Assembly (NCBI GenBank): GCA_015680685.1 | Contig: MNCI01000651.1 | Coordinates: forward strand, 496,001 to 560,000 | DNA from: Gnetum montanum | Lineage: Eukaryota; Plantae; Gnetophyta | Direction of reading: 5' to 3' | Length of the DNA: 64,000 bases | In this document: positions 26,395 to 39,624 of the stretch, one piece after another | Layout: each line of letters starts with the position of its first letter | Position numbering within the stretch: the first letter of the stretch is position 1 | The notes under the pieces: generated by a model | What the model was told of the DNA's origin: nothing | Seen by the model: only the letters and a program-made list of their open reading frames with translations | The model's database searches: none | Made by a program: the position numbers and the translations under genes

Positions 26395-26465
26395 TTAAAT
26401 TGGCAACATGACCTGCTAGGGCCTTCAATTGGTACCATGGTCCGCCATGGCCTTAAACTAGCAAC
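26395..26465 (+). repeat. 29-bp tandem repeat (TTAAAYTGGCA core), cluster 3, in 3'UTR
   Basis: Units at 26395, 26424, 26453. Confidence 0.85.
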
Positions 26466-26583
26466 TTTGGTGACTTGGATAGCCTGATTCTCATGTGGCC
26501 TGTATGCATTGTAGCATTATAATATGCAATTGTGCCTTTTATTCTTTGTTAGTGTATCTTGGGTCAATCCTCTAGGAGCCAAC

Positions 26584-26592
26584 AAAGAGGGG
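26584..26592 (+). promoter_or_regulatory. Polypurine tract of element A
   Basis: AAAGAGGGG four nt before the 3' LTR TG; same context in E (47090-47100 on -). Confidence 0.85.
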
Positions 26593-26596
26593 CCAT

Positions 26597-28138
26597 TGAA
26601 ACATCACAAAAATTTGCATATTATAGTCAATCTTCATAATGTATCTTTTACCCCATGAAACCTAAGGTAAAAATTCATTGTAAATGTGAAAATTGTAACC
26701 CACAGTGGGCAACTTTACATACTTTATACTTTTGAGGTTGAAAAATGCTTCACAAGTGGTCAAAGCCTCATTCCCCAAGTGAAAAAAGTCACCTAGCCTC
26801 TCTATTTGGGCTTGGGGAATCAAAATGCCTTTTGGAATGCCAAAAAAGGTAATTTGATGGGTTTTATGGAAGGTATACATTTTTCTACCCTATAAACACA
26901 TGCAAGGGGTAGATCTCACCTACCCCTAAAGTGGAACTATGGGGGTTTTGGAAACTTTCCACCCTCAACATGGAGACCACATACATAGCTTGAAAAATTT
27001 TCCCCCTCAACATGGAAGTTTCCCCCCAACATGGAGTCTTCATGGCCAACATGGAAGCCACAAAGCCAAAATTCTCACTTCATGCACTTCAACGTTGACC
27101 AGCCACTTCAATAAGCATGGTGGAGAGCTCAGTGTAGAAGATTCATCTCCAACATGGAAGGTGTGCCCCAATTACTATTTATAGTAAATGGAATGGCCAT
27201 GGGAAGAAGCACTTACTATATATAGTAACTTCCAAATTTGGACACCCATGTCATTTGAATTTGGCAGCTAATTTGCAGCAAATTGGTAGCCATTTTCCAG
27301 CCAATTTGCAACTAATTTACAGCCATTTTTGTAGCCAAATCATAGCCATTTTGTAGCCCAATTCATGGCCCAAAGAACCTATAAAAACTAACCTCAAACA
27401 CCATTCACAAGTTGAGTAATTTTTCTCATGGTTCAACAGTTTTGACAAGATTCAATACTTTACACTGTTAAACAAATTCTTAGTAAAGTTCAACTATTTT
27501 TTTACAATTCCACACTTGGGGCATTTTCAAGCACTCAAGGGTTATTACAATCTCCCATGTTTGAATCCTCTTGAACCCCATAATGGAAGTATGCTCACCT
27601 TAAGATTTTTGGATTTTTGGTGTCAACACTGCACCTTTAGGATTTCCAAACCTCAGCTTGGAGCTATCTAGTATCCAAATTTTTCCCTTTCTCACCTACC
27701 CACTAGTGACCAAACTTGTAGATCTAAGGTTGCAATAGTCAAGGAAGGTTTAATAGCATCAGGAGTGGCTTAGCACTTAGATTATCAAGCACATCACATC
27801 GACTTCAATGGCCTTTGAACTCTTGCATAAGTGAACCCCCTTTCTACTCATCCAAGCATCATCTGTACATATCTCTCTAACTTATTCTTTATTCTTTCTC
27901 AATAAAGTTTTAATTTTTGAGTTTTGTATCCAAAAATATATTTATTTTCTATGCATTATTCTGATTTACTTGTATTCCCATGTTTTGAATTTCATAAGTC
28001 CCTAGTTGATCTACCAAACTAGCTAGGGCACCTCGAATCCCATTTTTCTCGTGGAGGCCCTAGGGATTCGAGGTTGGGAAACTACTACACCAAGGATCCT
28101 TGGCTTTTTTCCAGCAACCAAGGTCTTTGATCACAACA
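26597..28138 (+). repeat. Element A 3' LTR
   Basis: TGAAACATCAC...TCACAACA; colinear with the 5' LTR, with a ~33-bp extra segment near 27740-27770. Confidence 0.93.
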
Positions 28139-28143
28139 ACAAT

Positions 28144-29520
28144 GTTTTCTTTATATTTTTCCAAACCTACCCAAAGTCACAATCATTCTGATACATATCA
28201 GCAAAATCATTCATACCTTCCATGTGAGGCACACGAAAATTCACCACATGCATCCTAGACAATGCATCAGCCATGATATTGGCTTTTCTACTTTTGTGCT
28301 ATTGAACTCCTATAACTATGCAACTCACTTCATGTGCTTTGTGATCTATTTTCAAGATGAACTCCTTGGACAACAACTAATTCCTCCAATGCTTGATTTC
28401 TTAAAGAAGAGCATACAACTACTTCTCATATATGATATAGTTTTTCCTTGAATCGTTCAAATTTTAAGAAAACAAAGTAATAGGCCTATCTTCTTGTGAG
28501 AGTACCCCACCAATAGCTAGTCCACTTGCATCCACCTCCACCTAAAAAAGATTCTAAAAATCTAGAATCACAAGCACTAGTTCATTAATTAACTTTGCTT
28601 TCAAAAAGTGAAAGCTCTTTTGGGACTTATTACCCTATCTAGAATATTTATTCTTCTTCAACAAAGTAAACATAGACTAAGAAATACCACTAAATTTTTT
28701 TATGAACCTCCCATAAAAACCTACTAAATTAAGAAATAATCTTATCTCTTCAACATTTTTAAGAGTTGGCCAATCTCTAATAGCCCTCACCTTAGTAACT
28801 CCAATTCAAATTTGGTTTTTAGATATCACAAATCTCAAGTATGTGATTTCATTCCTAAAGAAATGAATTTTCTTCACATTGATTACCACATATGCCTCTT
28901 ATAATTTAAATATAATCTTCTCAAGTAATTCAGATGCTCCTTCTCATTAAATCTATATACCAAAATATTATCAAAGAAGATAATCAAATAATTAACAATA
29001 AAAATTATTTAATTACATCATGCATAAACCTCATACATGTAGCAAATATATCTATTATTTCAAATTTCATCACCAACCACTCAAATAATCCATCACATAT
29101 TTTAAAACCTATCTTTCATTCATCACTAGGCCTAATTCGAATTTGATGATAACTACTCTTCAAATCAATTTTGCTAAAAACTTTTTTCATTTGTAAAGAC
29201 ACTAAGGATATTATCCATTCTTGAAATAGGAAACTTGTATCTCATTGTTATCATGTTCACTACCCTAGACTCAATCCATATTCTCCATTTGTCACTATCC
29301 TTCTTTGGAACTAGTACCACTAGAACTACACAAGGTAAAAAGGGTTTCCTCACGAAGCCATTTGCAGGTTACTCCTTTACTTACCTTTACAATTTTTTCT
29401 AGTAATTTAGTACCATATGGTATGCTCTCAAATTTGAAATGGTAGCACTAGTAATGAAATAAAATTGATGTTTTACATTCCTCATTAGTGGTAATCCATC
29501 CAATTCCCTCTTGAACACCT
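28144..29520 (-). pseudogene. pol: Element B RT and RNase H, degenerate
   Basis: Minus strand: VVLVVLVPKKDSDKWR (RT start); RNase H LYALL*EIKHWRN*LLSKEFILKIDHKA...ANIMADALSR. Confidence 0.8.
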
Positions 29521-29699
29521 TGGAAAATTATGTCTTTAAGCCTAGCACACCTATTGGAAGTTATACCTACACATCATCATAGTTAGAAGCAATAGTTAAT
29601 ATAATAAAAAAAATAAAACTAGTCTCATCATGTTCCCTAATTTATTTCATCTCTTCTAGAAGGATTAAAAAATCATTAAGTGAGCTTTGTTACCTCACA

Positions 29700-31330
29700 T
29701 TTTCAACTATCATGGAAATCAACTCATGGATTCCATCAGATCTAGCTACACTTCATACATTTCTTACCCCATCAAATTGAGCACCATTGTTAAAATTTCA
29801 AGATCTACTAATAATTACATCAACACAATCAATTATGAGCACATCAAATTTTACAATATCATGAAAACTTCTGATCTTAAATTTCAAATTAAATTACTCT
29901 CTTACCTCTTTAGAGAAATCTCTTAAAAACTAATACATCTTGTTGGATCTAGGATGAGCATTAGTTTCCAATTCCAATCTATAAACTACCCTAGATAAAA
30001 TAATATTTTCTTAGACTCTCCCATTAATCAAAATATGAATTGATTTCCCACTAAACAAACATCTAGCCCTAATCTGAAATGATAATTTTCTAGTAGGATG
30101 ATCTCCTTTATTCCCATTCCTCATAAATGCAAAAGAATTTAGTTCATAAACATTCTTAATCTTAGGATCATTAATATTATCTTTCTAAATAGCTTGGTTG
30201 GATGTCTCATCTACTTCTATGATTTGCATATCCTTTCCCTTGGCTTCCTTGTGAAGTGAACATTCCCATTACTTGTATCTCCATTCTCCACATTTCAAGC
30301 ACTAAATCCTAGATGAGTTACTTCTTAAATCATTGTCTACCTTACCTTCCTCCTTCTTGGTTTTTTCATTCCCATTATCCTTCTTTTTCTTGTTCTCGTG
30401 GCTACCATCCTTGTCTTCAAATTTGGACTTGGATTCCCTCTATGATTTGAATCCCTTATCCTTCTCCTTTGAATTTTTCTTGCTCCTATTTCAAAATCCA
30501 TTGAGTTTCTTCTCCTATTTAAGTGCTAAATCATAAGCCTCATCAATATTCTATGGCTTATAGAATAATAACTCTTCCTGATATGTCATTTCAAGATCTG
30601 CAAGAAAGATTAAAGCTTGCTCATACTCCTTCCAATTTACCTTATCTTATGAAATAGTTTACAAACTTTAATATAAAAATCCTTGACATCTTTGTTATCT
30701 TACCTTATGAATTTCAACTTCATGATCTCGTACCTCTATTAAGTCTATTCAAATTTCCTCAACATGTATTTCATCATATTCCAATCACTTATGGGTTTAT
30801 TACTTTTCCTTTCATAACCTTAAGATTATTTCACCCACCAATTTCAATTTAAATAATTGGTACCCTCCATTCATTTGGTATCTCTTCCAACCTGAAATGC
30901 TTGTCAAGTACCTTCAACCAACTTGCAAAAGCATTGTTTCCATCTACACCATTAAAAATCTTCTAACTACAAAAGTCTAGTAGCATTTCTGAATGCTCTA
31001 GCAAGCCTTACTTCATTCTCATTATCATTCTTGCCATGAAAAGGACTTAATCTTGGTGATGGAGCTCTAAGAACTCTAATTTAAGGAAGTGGATTCCCTT
31101 CAATTAGAATCCTTCATGGATGGATTCGAAAACTCCTATAGTTGGAATCTCCTTCCTCATCATCTGCTTCCTCTTCACCAAGCTTAGAAACTTCTTTGTC
31201 ATCAATCAAATGTGAATGATCATCATCTCTACAATTCTAAATTTGTCTAGAACCTGTATTCCTATATACTTTGGCATTGATCTTATCCAATCAATAAACC
31301 ATTAGTTAAAAGATAGATTTCATTCTCTCC
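29700..31330 (-). pseudogene. gag: Element B gag and protease, degenerate
   Basis: CCHC-like remnant CLKCGEW...EC (~30260-30305), LS-F-IRA-CL...IHILINGES..N protease-like region (~29990-30100), position just downstream of the PBS. Confidence 0.65.
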
Positions 31331-31425
31331 ATGTCTTTATTAAGGGCTTGAACCTATTTCTTTTTAAACATCATTTGAAATTAACAAAAATTTACAAATA
31401 ATTTTCAAAGAACAAGCAATCTAAT

Positions 31426-31437
31426 TCTTTGATACCA
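31426..31437 (-). promoter_or_regulatory. PBS (tRNA-iMet) of element B
   Basis: Reverse complement TGGTATCAAAGA adjacent to the LTR. Confidence 0.8.
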
Positions 31438-31438
31438 A

Positions 31439-32391
31439 TAATATTGGAGCATGTTTACTTTAATTTTATTTAATCTTTCAAATAGCACTAAATCTAGATA
31501 TTAGGAAAATAATTCAATTTACTAGAAAACAAGAAAACTAGTTATCTTCAATTAATGTCAAGAAAATTACAAATCAATGATTCCATAACCCACAACAATA
31601 TGATCCACACACAAGCACTCAATGATATTGTAGAGCATAAGACTCTACAACTACACAATGATTATGCTTAATGCAATACATAACCAAATGAGATATCTTT
31701 CACAAACATAGGATGGAGATCTAGATATACAATACACCTAAGATACACTAAGGTAAAACTCATACCATTGATCCAAGAGTTGCATACACACTTATGCACT
31801 CTTAAACATGTGTTCTTATGTCACTTTTATACTCTCCTCTCATCAAAAACATAAACCAACAATAATATTTATTGAAAACAAAAGAAAAGAAACATATAAA
31901 TCTTTCCTCAATCTCAACTTGAAGATTCACAATTGTTTCTATCTTTCTTCATCTTGTTCAATTTTTTTCTAACTTGGAACTACTAACTTAGATCTTTGGC
32001 ATTCATCATTAGACTTGGGAAGATATCTTACTATCAACTTCAGCATTCAATAAATATATCTCTAGGTAGGATGAGACATCTCCTATAGAAGTAAGTCATC
32101 TTGTATAGGGTTGAGACATCTCCTAGAAACTTAGGACATGTTCCTTGAGACATGTCCTAGTAGAATGAGACATCTCCTCATTAGCTAAGACATCTCCTCT
32201 ACATGTGAGATGTCTCCTATCATAATCCAACTCTTGACAAAGATGTCCCAAACATGTGGAACATATATTATTTTCTTCCAATTCTCAATCAAGAAGTCTC
32301 CTTAACCTCAAGATGTCTCCATAACATCCAAAACCTACAAAAATCACTCATAAGAATAAAAAAGGAAATTAGAAAAGATGTTCCTACATCA
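31439..32391 (-). repeat. Element B 5' LTR
   Basis: Begins TGATGTAGGAA on the minus strand; homologous to 4434-5381. Confidence 0.8.
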
Positions 32392-33064
32392 TTAGGATAC
32401 CTATAAGGTTGATAGTAGCCATAACATAATCCAAAAATTGTACATTCATCAAGGTTATTAAACCAATAGTTGGCATTCATAAAGGTTGTCCTAGATACAT
32501 AAGGTTTTACAACAAATATTCTTTGATGGTGAGATAATGTTAGTATTATTCTTAGAGGTATTCTAATGTTTGATGTGATAATGCATCGAATTTCATTAGT
32601 AATGCAAATCATGAGTTAATAATAACTAATGCATTAACAATAATGTTAATGCCCTTAATTAATGACTAAGTTAACTATAATTTTTATTAGTTCTAACAAC
32701 ATGCTTTGCAGCATGAACCTCATCTTCCAACTTTTTTCAAGTGGCATCAAGGTGATTTTCTCTATTGTGAAGGTGTTCTAACCCTTCCTACTTGTGCTTC
32801 ATGTAGATAGTAGTTGATGGCTTGGATGAAGTTTCTAGATGATGGTTCAAATAATAGATCAAAGTTTATAGTGAAAACAATGGTGACATGCAAACAAAGG
32901 ATTTGAGCATTATTTCATATTTGAAGTCATGTTATGGATTTGTAAAATGGTTTATGTAGTTATCTTTAATCTTATGTAACTATATGCATCATGACTTTGT
33001 ATTTGAGATGTTGATGTACTACTATATGGATTTTATTAAAGTAATTTTTCTCTACGATTGATTA

Positions 33065-36000
33065 TCTTGAAGAATTTATGTGTTCTAGCANAATATCTTA
33101 GACCTAGTGATCTAAACATCACAAAACTTTAACATGGTACAAAGCAAACTTTTTGATAACTTTTATATTACCACTATGAAGGACTCATGGTGTGGTAGTA
33201 ATTATGCATATTTAATGTAATAGTAGGTATAGAAATTATTTATAAAATTTGATTTTTTCACAATTTTAACTCATCTCAAAATAGCAAAGAGAGAGAGAAC
33301 AATGCAATATCAATCTTTATTACTTAAAATATTATATTATAGCTCAAATTTCTTCATGCTCTTAGCTTGTAAGTATTATTTTCTAAAAATATAGTTAAAA
33401 TATTTTGGTTTCTAGTTAAATAGGTTCAAAAATTAGCACTTTGCAATTTTGTTATTTTCAAATGTTAAATTGGTTTTTCTTTTGTGTTCAAAATGGATTT
33501 TTTAATTATTGAACCATGAATAATGATGTAAAATTGAAGTGCACAATGTTTTTTATTATTAAAATCCTAAATTCAAAAATCCCTAGTTTCCTTTGTTTTA
33601 GTATAACTATTTGACAAAATGGCCCATAGTACTAAATACTAAGGATATGGATGGGGATTCTTTAGGAGGAAGCACATTCCATTGCCAACATCATCAAAAC
33701 ATACTTAGATAGAATCAACATCACCATTGTCACCACAAAGCAACCATGGTACTCCTCATGGTGAGGCTTTAACATCAAAGCTAGTAATAAAAAATTGAAA
33801 CTCCATAATGGTCATGTATTATGAAGCCATGTTGAATAAACCAGAGACTTTGAAAATAATGCTAATATCAAAGCAGGAATATATTAAATAATTAGTGCTA
33901 AGGATTAATGTGTAGTATTATTATTATGATTTGAAATTCGTCATCGAGTTGGTGAAAGTAGGTTATGGTATTGAATTGAAGAAATTGAAAGTAACACCTT
34001 TTGGTAAGTTTGTAGTGCTTAGAAATGATGCAATGATAATTAATTTTGTTAAGACCTACAACAATAGCTAATTCATCTATCTTTCTAACAAAAATTGGTG
34101 GTTTTCTAGATTACAAAGAGGTTCGTAATATTCTATTTTTAGATAATGAAAATAAATTATTCCTTAAATAGAATAATGTTTCTTAGACATTAGCTTTAAG
34201 AATGTTGCCCCAATCAATCTAAGTGGTAGAAACCCTACAATACTATCACCATGAAGATTTTGATCTTGCAACTAAAGATGCCATACTTAGGTTTGGCAAA
34301 TACCATAGCCTATCATGTCATAGTGAAAAATAGAAAAAATGCTATTTCATGGCCTCTACTATATCTACTTTATGTTGTGGTAAAAGAAGGTAGTTTTATG
34401 GATTAGCTAGCAATTCTAAAGATGGAGATGAAGGAGCAAGCACTATCATACTACATTGTGTCTTCACCTCACTTCATGTATAGCTACCTTCTTTTAACTT
34501 ACATCAAAGTCTTCAATAATTCTAGTTTTTTGAATGTCATTGTGGTAGTGAAAAGTAAAAATAACAAGTTGGTTTTGTAGTTATTTTTATAAGCCTTTTC
34601 CAAGCTAGAGCAAACTACTACGAGGATTCCAAAAATAAAGTAGCCTCAAGATGTCTAGTTTGAGGGGTGGAATAAAGTTTAGGCTAACTACATGACATCA
34701 CCCATAATACATATAGTGTTGCAAGACTACAACTTTGAGAATAAAGTTATATACTTTGATTTAACCATCACGTTTTTCAAGGTTCTTATAGAGAGGAGTC
34801 CCATGAAAGAAACCAATTTTAATAAATTATTTTAAACATAAGTGTTATCATGGTAAGTAATGAATTACTATATATATATATATATATGAGTTACATCACA
34901 ATGGGCCATTCATATCTGAAGCCTACAGTGGTATGCTAAAGAATAATAGGGTGATGTTTGAAGGTTCTTTGATACAAAATGAGCCACTAAATAGAGATAT
35001 TATGGCTGCCTATGAAACAAATAAAAAATATGCCAAAGCATTCACAAAATTCAAGAAAGAGGTTGAAGATGCACTAAAGTTGATAACATAAGTGATCTAA
35101 AGAATTAGCTACACTAAAACAAACAAGACACATTGTGGGGTCTAGTATAGAGACGAAACTTATAGTAATATTAGAGGAATTGATGGTGCAAAATATGGAG
35201 TTAGATAATGATAAGCTAATAATGTAAAACAAAACCTCTAAACTCCAAGAAGAAATTTACAACCTTCAAATCCATGTGAAGAATCTTACTTTATGAAATA
35301 ATGATTTAACTAAGATCTTTAATATGAATAAAAAGAAGCTACAAGTTATGGTGAGTGAGTTACAAGAACAAATTATTATAGATAGTCTCATAGCGCATTA
35401 CGTAGAGTTGTTAAGATTTTCTTCTAGTAAGGATTATCAAATTCAATCTAGCTCCACCATGGTGCCACCACCACTCTCAATGGTTTTCAATGAATTTCTA
35501 ACAAAATTTCAAAAGAATTTTGCTAAATTCAAAGTAAAAGAGCAATCTCAAGATGCTTCACCATCATCTCCAAGTGCTTATATGATTTCAAAGGAATCCA
35601 TAGTAAAGGATTCAATAGCTGAAACATAAGAGTCATCACCTAATATTTTTGATGATTTCATGAGTGCAAATATAGACTCTTTTATTGATTAAGGAACTCT
35701 ATTATTTTTTTTATTTGGATCAATTTGTAACCTCTTTCATTTGATGATGAAGTTAATTAACTTTATCTTTTTTATAACAGCATCTATTTCTTTTTTTGTT
35801 TTATAACTTAATTATGTTACAATATATTTTTAAGAATATATTTTCCCCTAATATCTCTAGTTGGTTTTCCTTATCTTTTAGGAATTATTTAATAATGACC
35901 AAAATGAGTTATAACATTCATTTAGAAAATAAGCACTACTCACCATCACATTTCATTAATTTTTATTTTCTTTACTAGTTAGAAATTCTCTTGGTAATTC

Positions 36001-36699
36001 TTAGACCTCATGCTACTCACTTTTGAAATCAATTTTTATCACGAAATTTAACTCAAGACCATTAATATATACTGTTGGTTGTATTTATGATTTCTAATTT
36101 TTATAAATTTTATGGAAACTATTTATGCTATAGTGATTTTTTATACTTCATATTTTTAAAGTCATTGATTTGTTTATACAGAGTTAAGCAATGTTATTAT
36201 TCACTTCATGTTAAGCTTGAGAGGTGTTGTTGAAGATTTGATGTGTTCTAGCAAGCTTAACATTCTAGTTTATATCTATCTAGTGGTACACTATGAACTT
36301 TGGTATACACCATGATGGTATACAAAACCATCTACGATGTTTTCTAATAAGTGTTAAGTTAATTGTGTTAAACCAAGTATATTAACTAATAATAACTACT
36401 TCTTGTGTTTATTCATTCTTTAGATGTGACTATTCCATTATCATATAAGTGTTAATCCTTATTAAATACCTATGTAGAATAATAATAATGTGTAACATTA
36501 AAACATAGTATGGTGTAGAGTAATAAAGCTACTTGGTTCTATCATTTATGTATGTTCTTATTAGTTTATGTATCTAACATGTATAACACCATGTGGATTT
36601 ATTCTATTTACATGATGTATCTTTGTCTCATTCTTCATAGTCATTAAACTGTTTTTAATATCTTGAATCTAGTAATATAAACATTATAAAACTTTAATG
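33065..36699 (+). mobile_element. Element D: small non-autonomous LTR element (5' LTR collapsed at an assembly N; 3' LTR ~36228-36699) with non-gag/pol cargo
   Basis: 33065-33090 matches 36228-36253 and 33092-33134 matches ~36657-36699; PBS-like TGGTACAAAGC at 33135; copia-like PPT TTGAGAGG before 36228; TSD not found. Confidence 0.7.
34869..34887. repeat. (TA)n microsatellite
   Basis: Direct reading. Confidence 0.9.
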
Positions 36700-37604
36700 T
36701 TCAAGTATTCTTATCTGATTATAAAGTTTCATACTTTGTGTATCAATTTTTGCAAATAATTAATGTTGGAATGTTAAGTATTTCATGGCTTTCTAAGTAA
36801 TTAATTCATGCCCCTTAAAAATTTAATAAGTATATCTATGATTAATTTTAGAATATGATAGTTAAGATCATTATGAATAAATTTTGAAGACTAACAATTA
36901 ATACTAAAGCATGTATATATACAGTTAGTAGAGCTTCACAACCAAGGAAGAAGAGGCTAGGCATGAATGTGGTTGACAATAGGACCAACTACAACAATCC
37001 TAGGCTAAAGAAGAAGGGTAATAAGAGTACAAGGTGTAATAGATGCACTAGTCAATACTCCAAACTTAAAAATCCATTCAAGTGAAGGTACCAATGCTAC
37101 ATACTCTTACAACAAGAACATAAGTGATATTCCTTGAGAACTATATCAAAGAAATTAGCAACAAAGCATTTCTAGCCAATGACTAGATAAATTTTGAACC
37201 CTTCTTAAAGTTTGCTCCATAAAATAAAATAGATTAGCTACAACACTTTCCATTATGACTCACCTTTTTCATCAATAACAAGTGATTTCTAGATAAGACA
37301 TATATGTTCTACAATAACTAGGTATCTAACTATACTATGAAGATAGGAGATCCCCATCTTCTATTTTATTGAAGCCATTAAACTACAAATTCCAAATGTA
37401 AACTAATCTCAAGATTAAGTGCAAATTCCATGAAAACTAATATGTGAAGAGAACTCTACCATTCCCCTTCTTAATCTAAAAGTTATATAAGTAAGGATCA
37501 TAAGATATACAAATGGTACTATTAGATGAGATCAAAATGCTTCATGGTCTTGATTTTATAGAAATATTCTTTATGCCTCTACAAGGACACCTCCAAAAAC
37601 TAAG

Positions 37605-38886
37605 TGTAGAGATGCTTAGCACATAGATCTAAATGATCTTCAAATTAATGTAATGCTTAATGAATAAATAATTATGAAATGAAGGATCATCAATCCTTCA
37701 ATAAAATATGGACTTAACCTACCACACACAATCCAAGAACAATGAGGAATAATGAAAATGTATGAAAATGGCTAAGTATGAAAACACTAAGAATCTAACA
37801 TTATGTTAAAATAGGATGCAGTGTAAAGGTAGAAATAATATGAGTAAGCAAGTGTGAAATAATAATATTTTTTAATGTGAGGAAAATGTTTCAAATCCTT
37901 TCTCAGAAAATAAAATGCATTATTAATAGAATAAAAGTATTGTCTCCTAGAAAGAGCCAAACTACAACCAAGACAAGAAAAATGTAATAATGATAGAGAG
38001 ATAGAATTGATAAAAGAGGATTTATATCTTGACCAAAATACATATTTAAAGGGTTGAACAAAATATCTAAAGGGTTGGGTGATGAATGAAGAAGCTATTG
38101 ACACAATCTAGTATTGATTCCAGGCTAAAATATGACTATTTTGGCCAAGGCTCCCATCATTGATGATTGAGCTAAAAAATTTCTAACTCTAGAATGTGCT
38201 ATGAAAGCTTGAGAACTCTATCTTCAAAAGTAACATCAATGAAGTAGAAGGTGTTGAAGATGGTTAAAAAAGCACATGGGGTGTGACAATATTGGCATGC
38301 ACTTATGCTCTTAATCTCTTAAGATTTTTTGCAATTGATTTCTAATCCAAAAACATCTAATGTCATTTCAAAAAGATTCGAGATCTATCCAATTTCTCTA
38401 GATCCAAAACTCTCCAAGGATTTTAAAATGAAGAAGTCCTAAAATTTATGTATGTTTCTTCTAATAATATGCTTGGATTTACTATATTTAGTTTAGTGTT
38501 TCCAACATTAAACCACATAAATCATGCAAAAAAATAAATTGGGGCCCATAGAACTTTCTAGAAAATTTCAAATGGAAAAATCAATGCGTAGTTAGTGGAG
38601 GTGAAAAACAACATCATGCGTTAAAAGTGTGATTGAAGTAAGACATCAAAAGGAAAAATGATGTCACACATAATAGAAGTGGAGGTGCAAAAGAGTTGAA
38701 CTCAAGATTGACATAGGATTAGATGCTAGACATCAAAACTAAATACCATGGATGAAGAAGCAAAAATAACATTGCAAATGATATGAGGCTTCACTTCTAG
38801 GTTGCTAGAGATGACCTTGAGCTAAGAAGCCATAAAATGTAGTCACACTTAGTTTTAATTTAAAATAAAATTAAAAAGTGGGCACA
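37605..38886 (-). repeat. Putative 3' LTR of a minus-strand Tat element (left end uncertain)
   Basis: PPT-like AAGAGGGTGC followed by TGTGCCCAC on - at ~38886-38901; candidate end ...CTCTACA at 37605. Confidence 0.4.
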
Positions 38887-39624
38887 AAATTGCACCCTCT
38901 TGATGAATCTTGTTGATGTGTCAAAGGAAGATCCATCAAGAAGAGATTGAACACTAAATTACTATACTTGCAAGAGAAAAAGAAAGAAGAACAAAGTGGA
39001 AGAGGGAAGAATATTAGGATATCACAAATAGAATAGTCATAAGAATAGTATTATGCCATAGAAAGGAGGCATAGCTGAATCCTACACTCAAGATAGCCCA
39101 AAGAATGTTATTTATGATGTTAACACTCTATTTCACTCATGTTCTCAACACATCCTTATTAGAATTAAAAAAGTCTCTTAATCCTCGTTGAATGTTCTTA
39201 TGAGAGAAAAGGGAATAAAATAGAAAATGAAGTTCAAAGGAAGACTAAACAAGTAAGAAAGGTGAGATGAAAAGGAGACATTCGATAGCGAAAAAATAAT
39301 AAAACTAGGAAAAGAAATAAAGGAACATTGTTGATACACTAAGAAGAGGTACTATGCTATAGAAGGTGGGCATACCTAAATCCCATATTCTAATGATTAT
39401 TCATTCTTCATAGATTTAATTTTTTCTATGTCCCACTCAAACTTAACACATCCTTACATGGAGTTCAAAATAGTGGAACATTTATGAGACAAATTGCTAA
39501 TTCATATCCTCACCAAAGTATGTTGTAAAAGAAAGTTAGTGGAATGGGATAGGAGGATATTGAGGAAAGTAGATGAAACTTGATGAAGGAGATAGAAGAA
39601 AATTAGTAGAAAATAAAAATAAAG

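Larger units (their letters stand above)
6788..28138 (+). mobile_element. Element A: structurally complete 21.35-kb Tat/Ogre-type Ty3/gypsy LTR retrotransposon (coding regions decayed)
   Basis: LTRs 6788-8282 and 26597-28138; TSD ATAAT (6783-6787) / ACAAT (28139-28143); PBS, PPT; domain order gag-PR-RT-RH-aRH-INT. Confidence 0.93.
4434..32391 (-). mobile_element. Element B: chromovirus-type (CRM-like) Ty3/gypsy retrotransposon, split by insertion of element A
   Basis: Two homologous ~950-bp LTRs, tRNA-iMet PBS, gag-PR-RT-RH-INT order on the minus strand. The RH-INT linker reads across the A insertion (28144 joined to 6787). TSD not resolved. Confidence 0.85.

Noticed and set aside
36700-37600. 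Possible SIRE/copia LTR fragment (TTTTGAAGACTAACAA word)
   Set aside because: No second terminus, PBS/PPT or partner LTR could be established.
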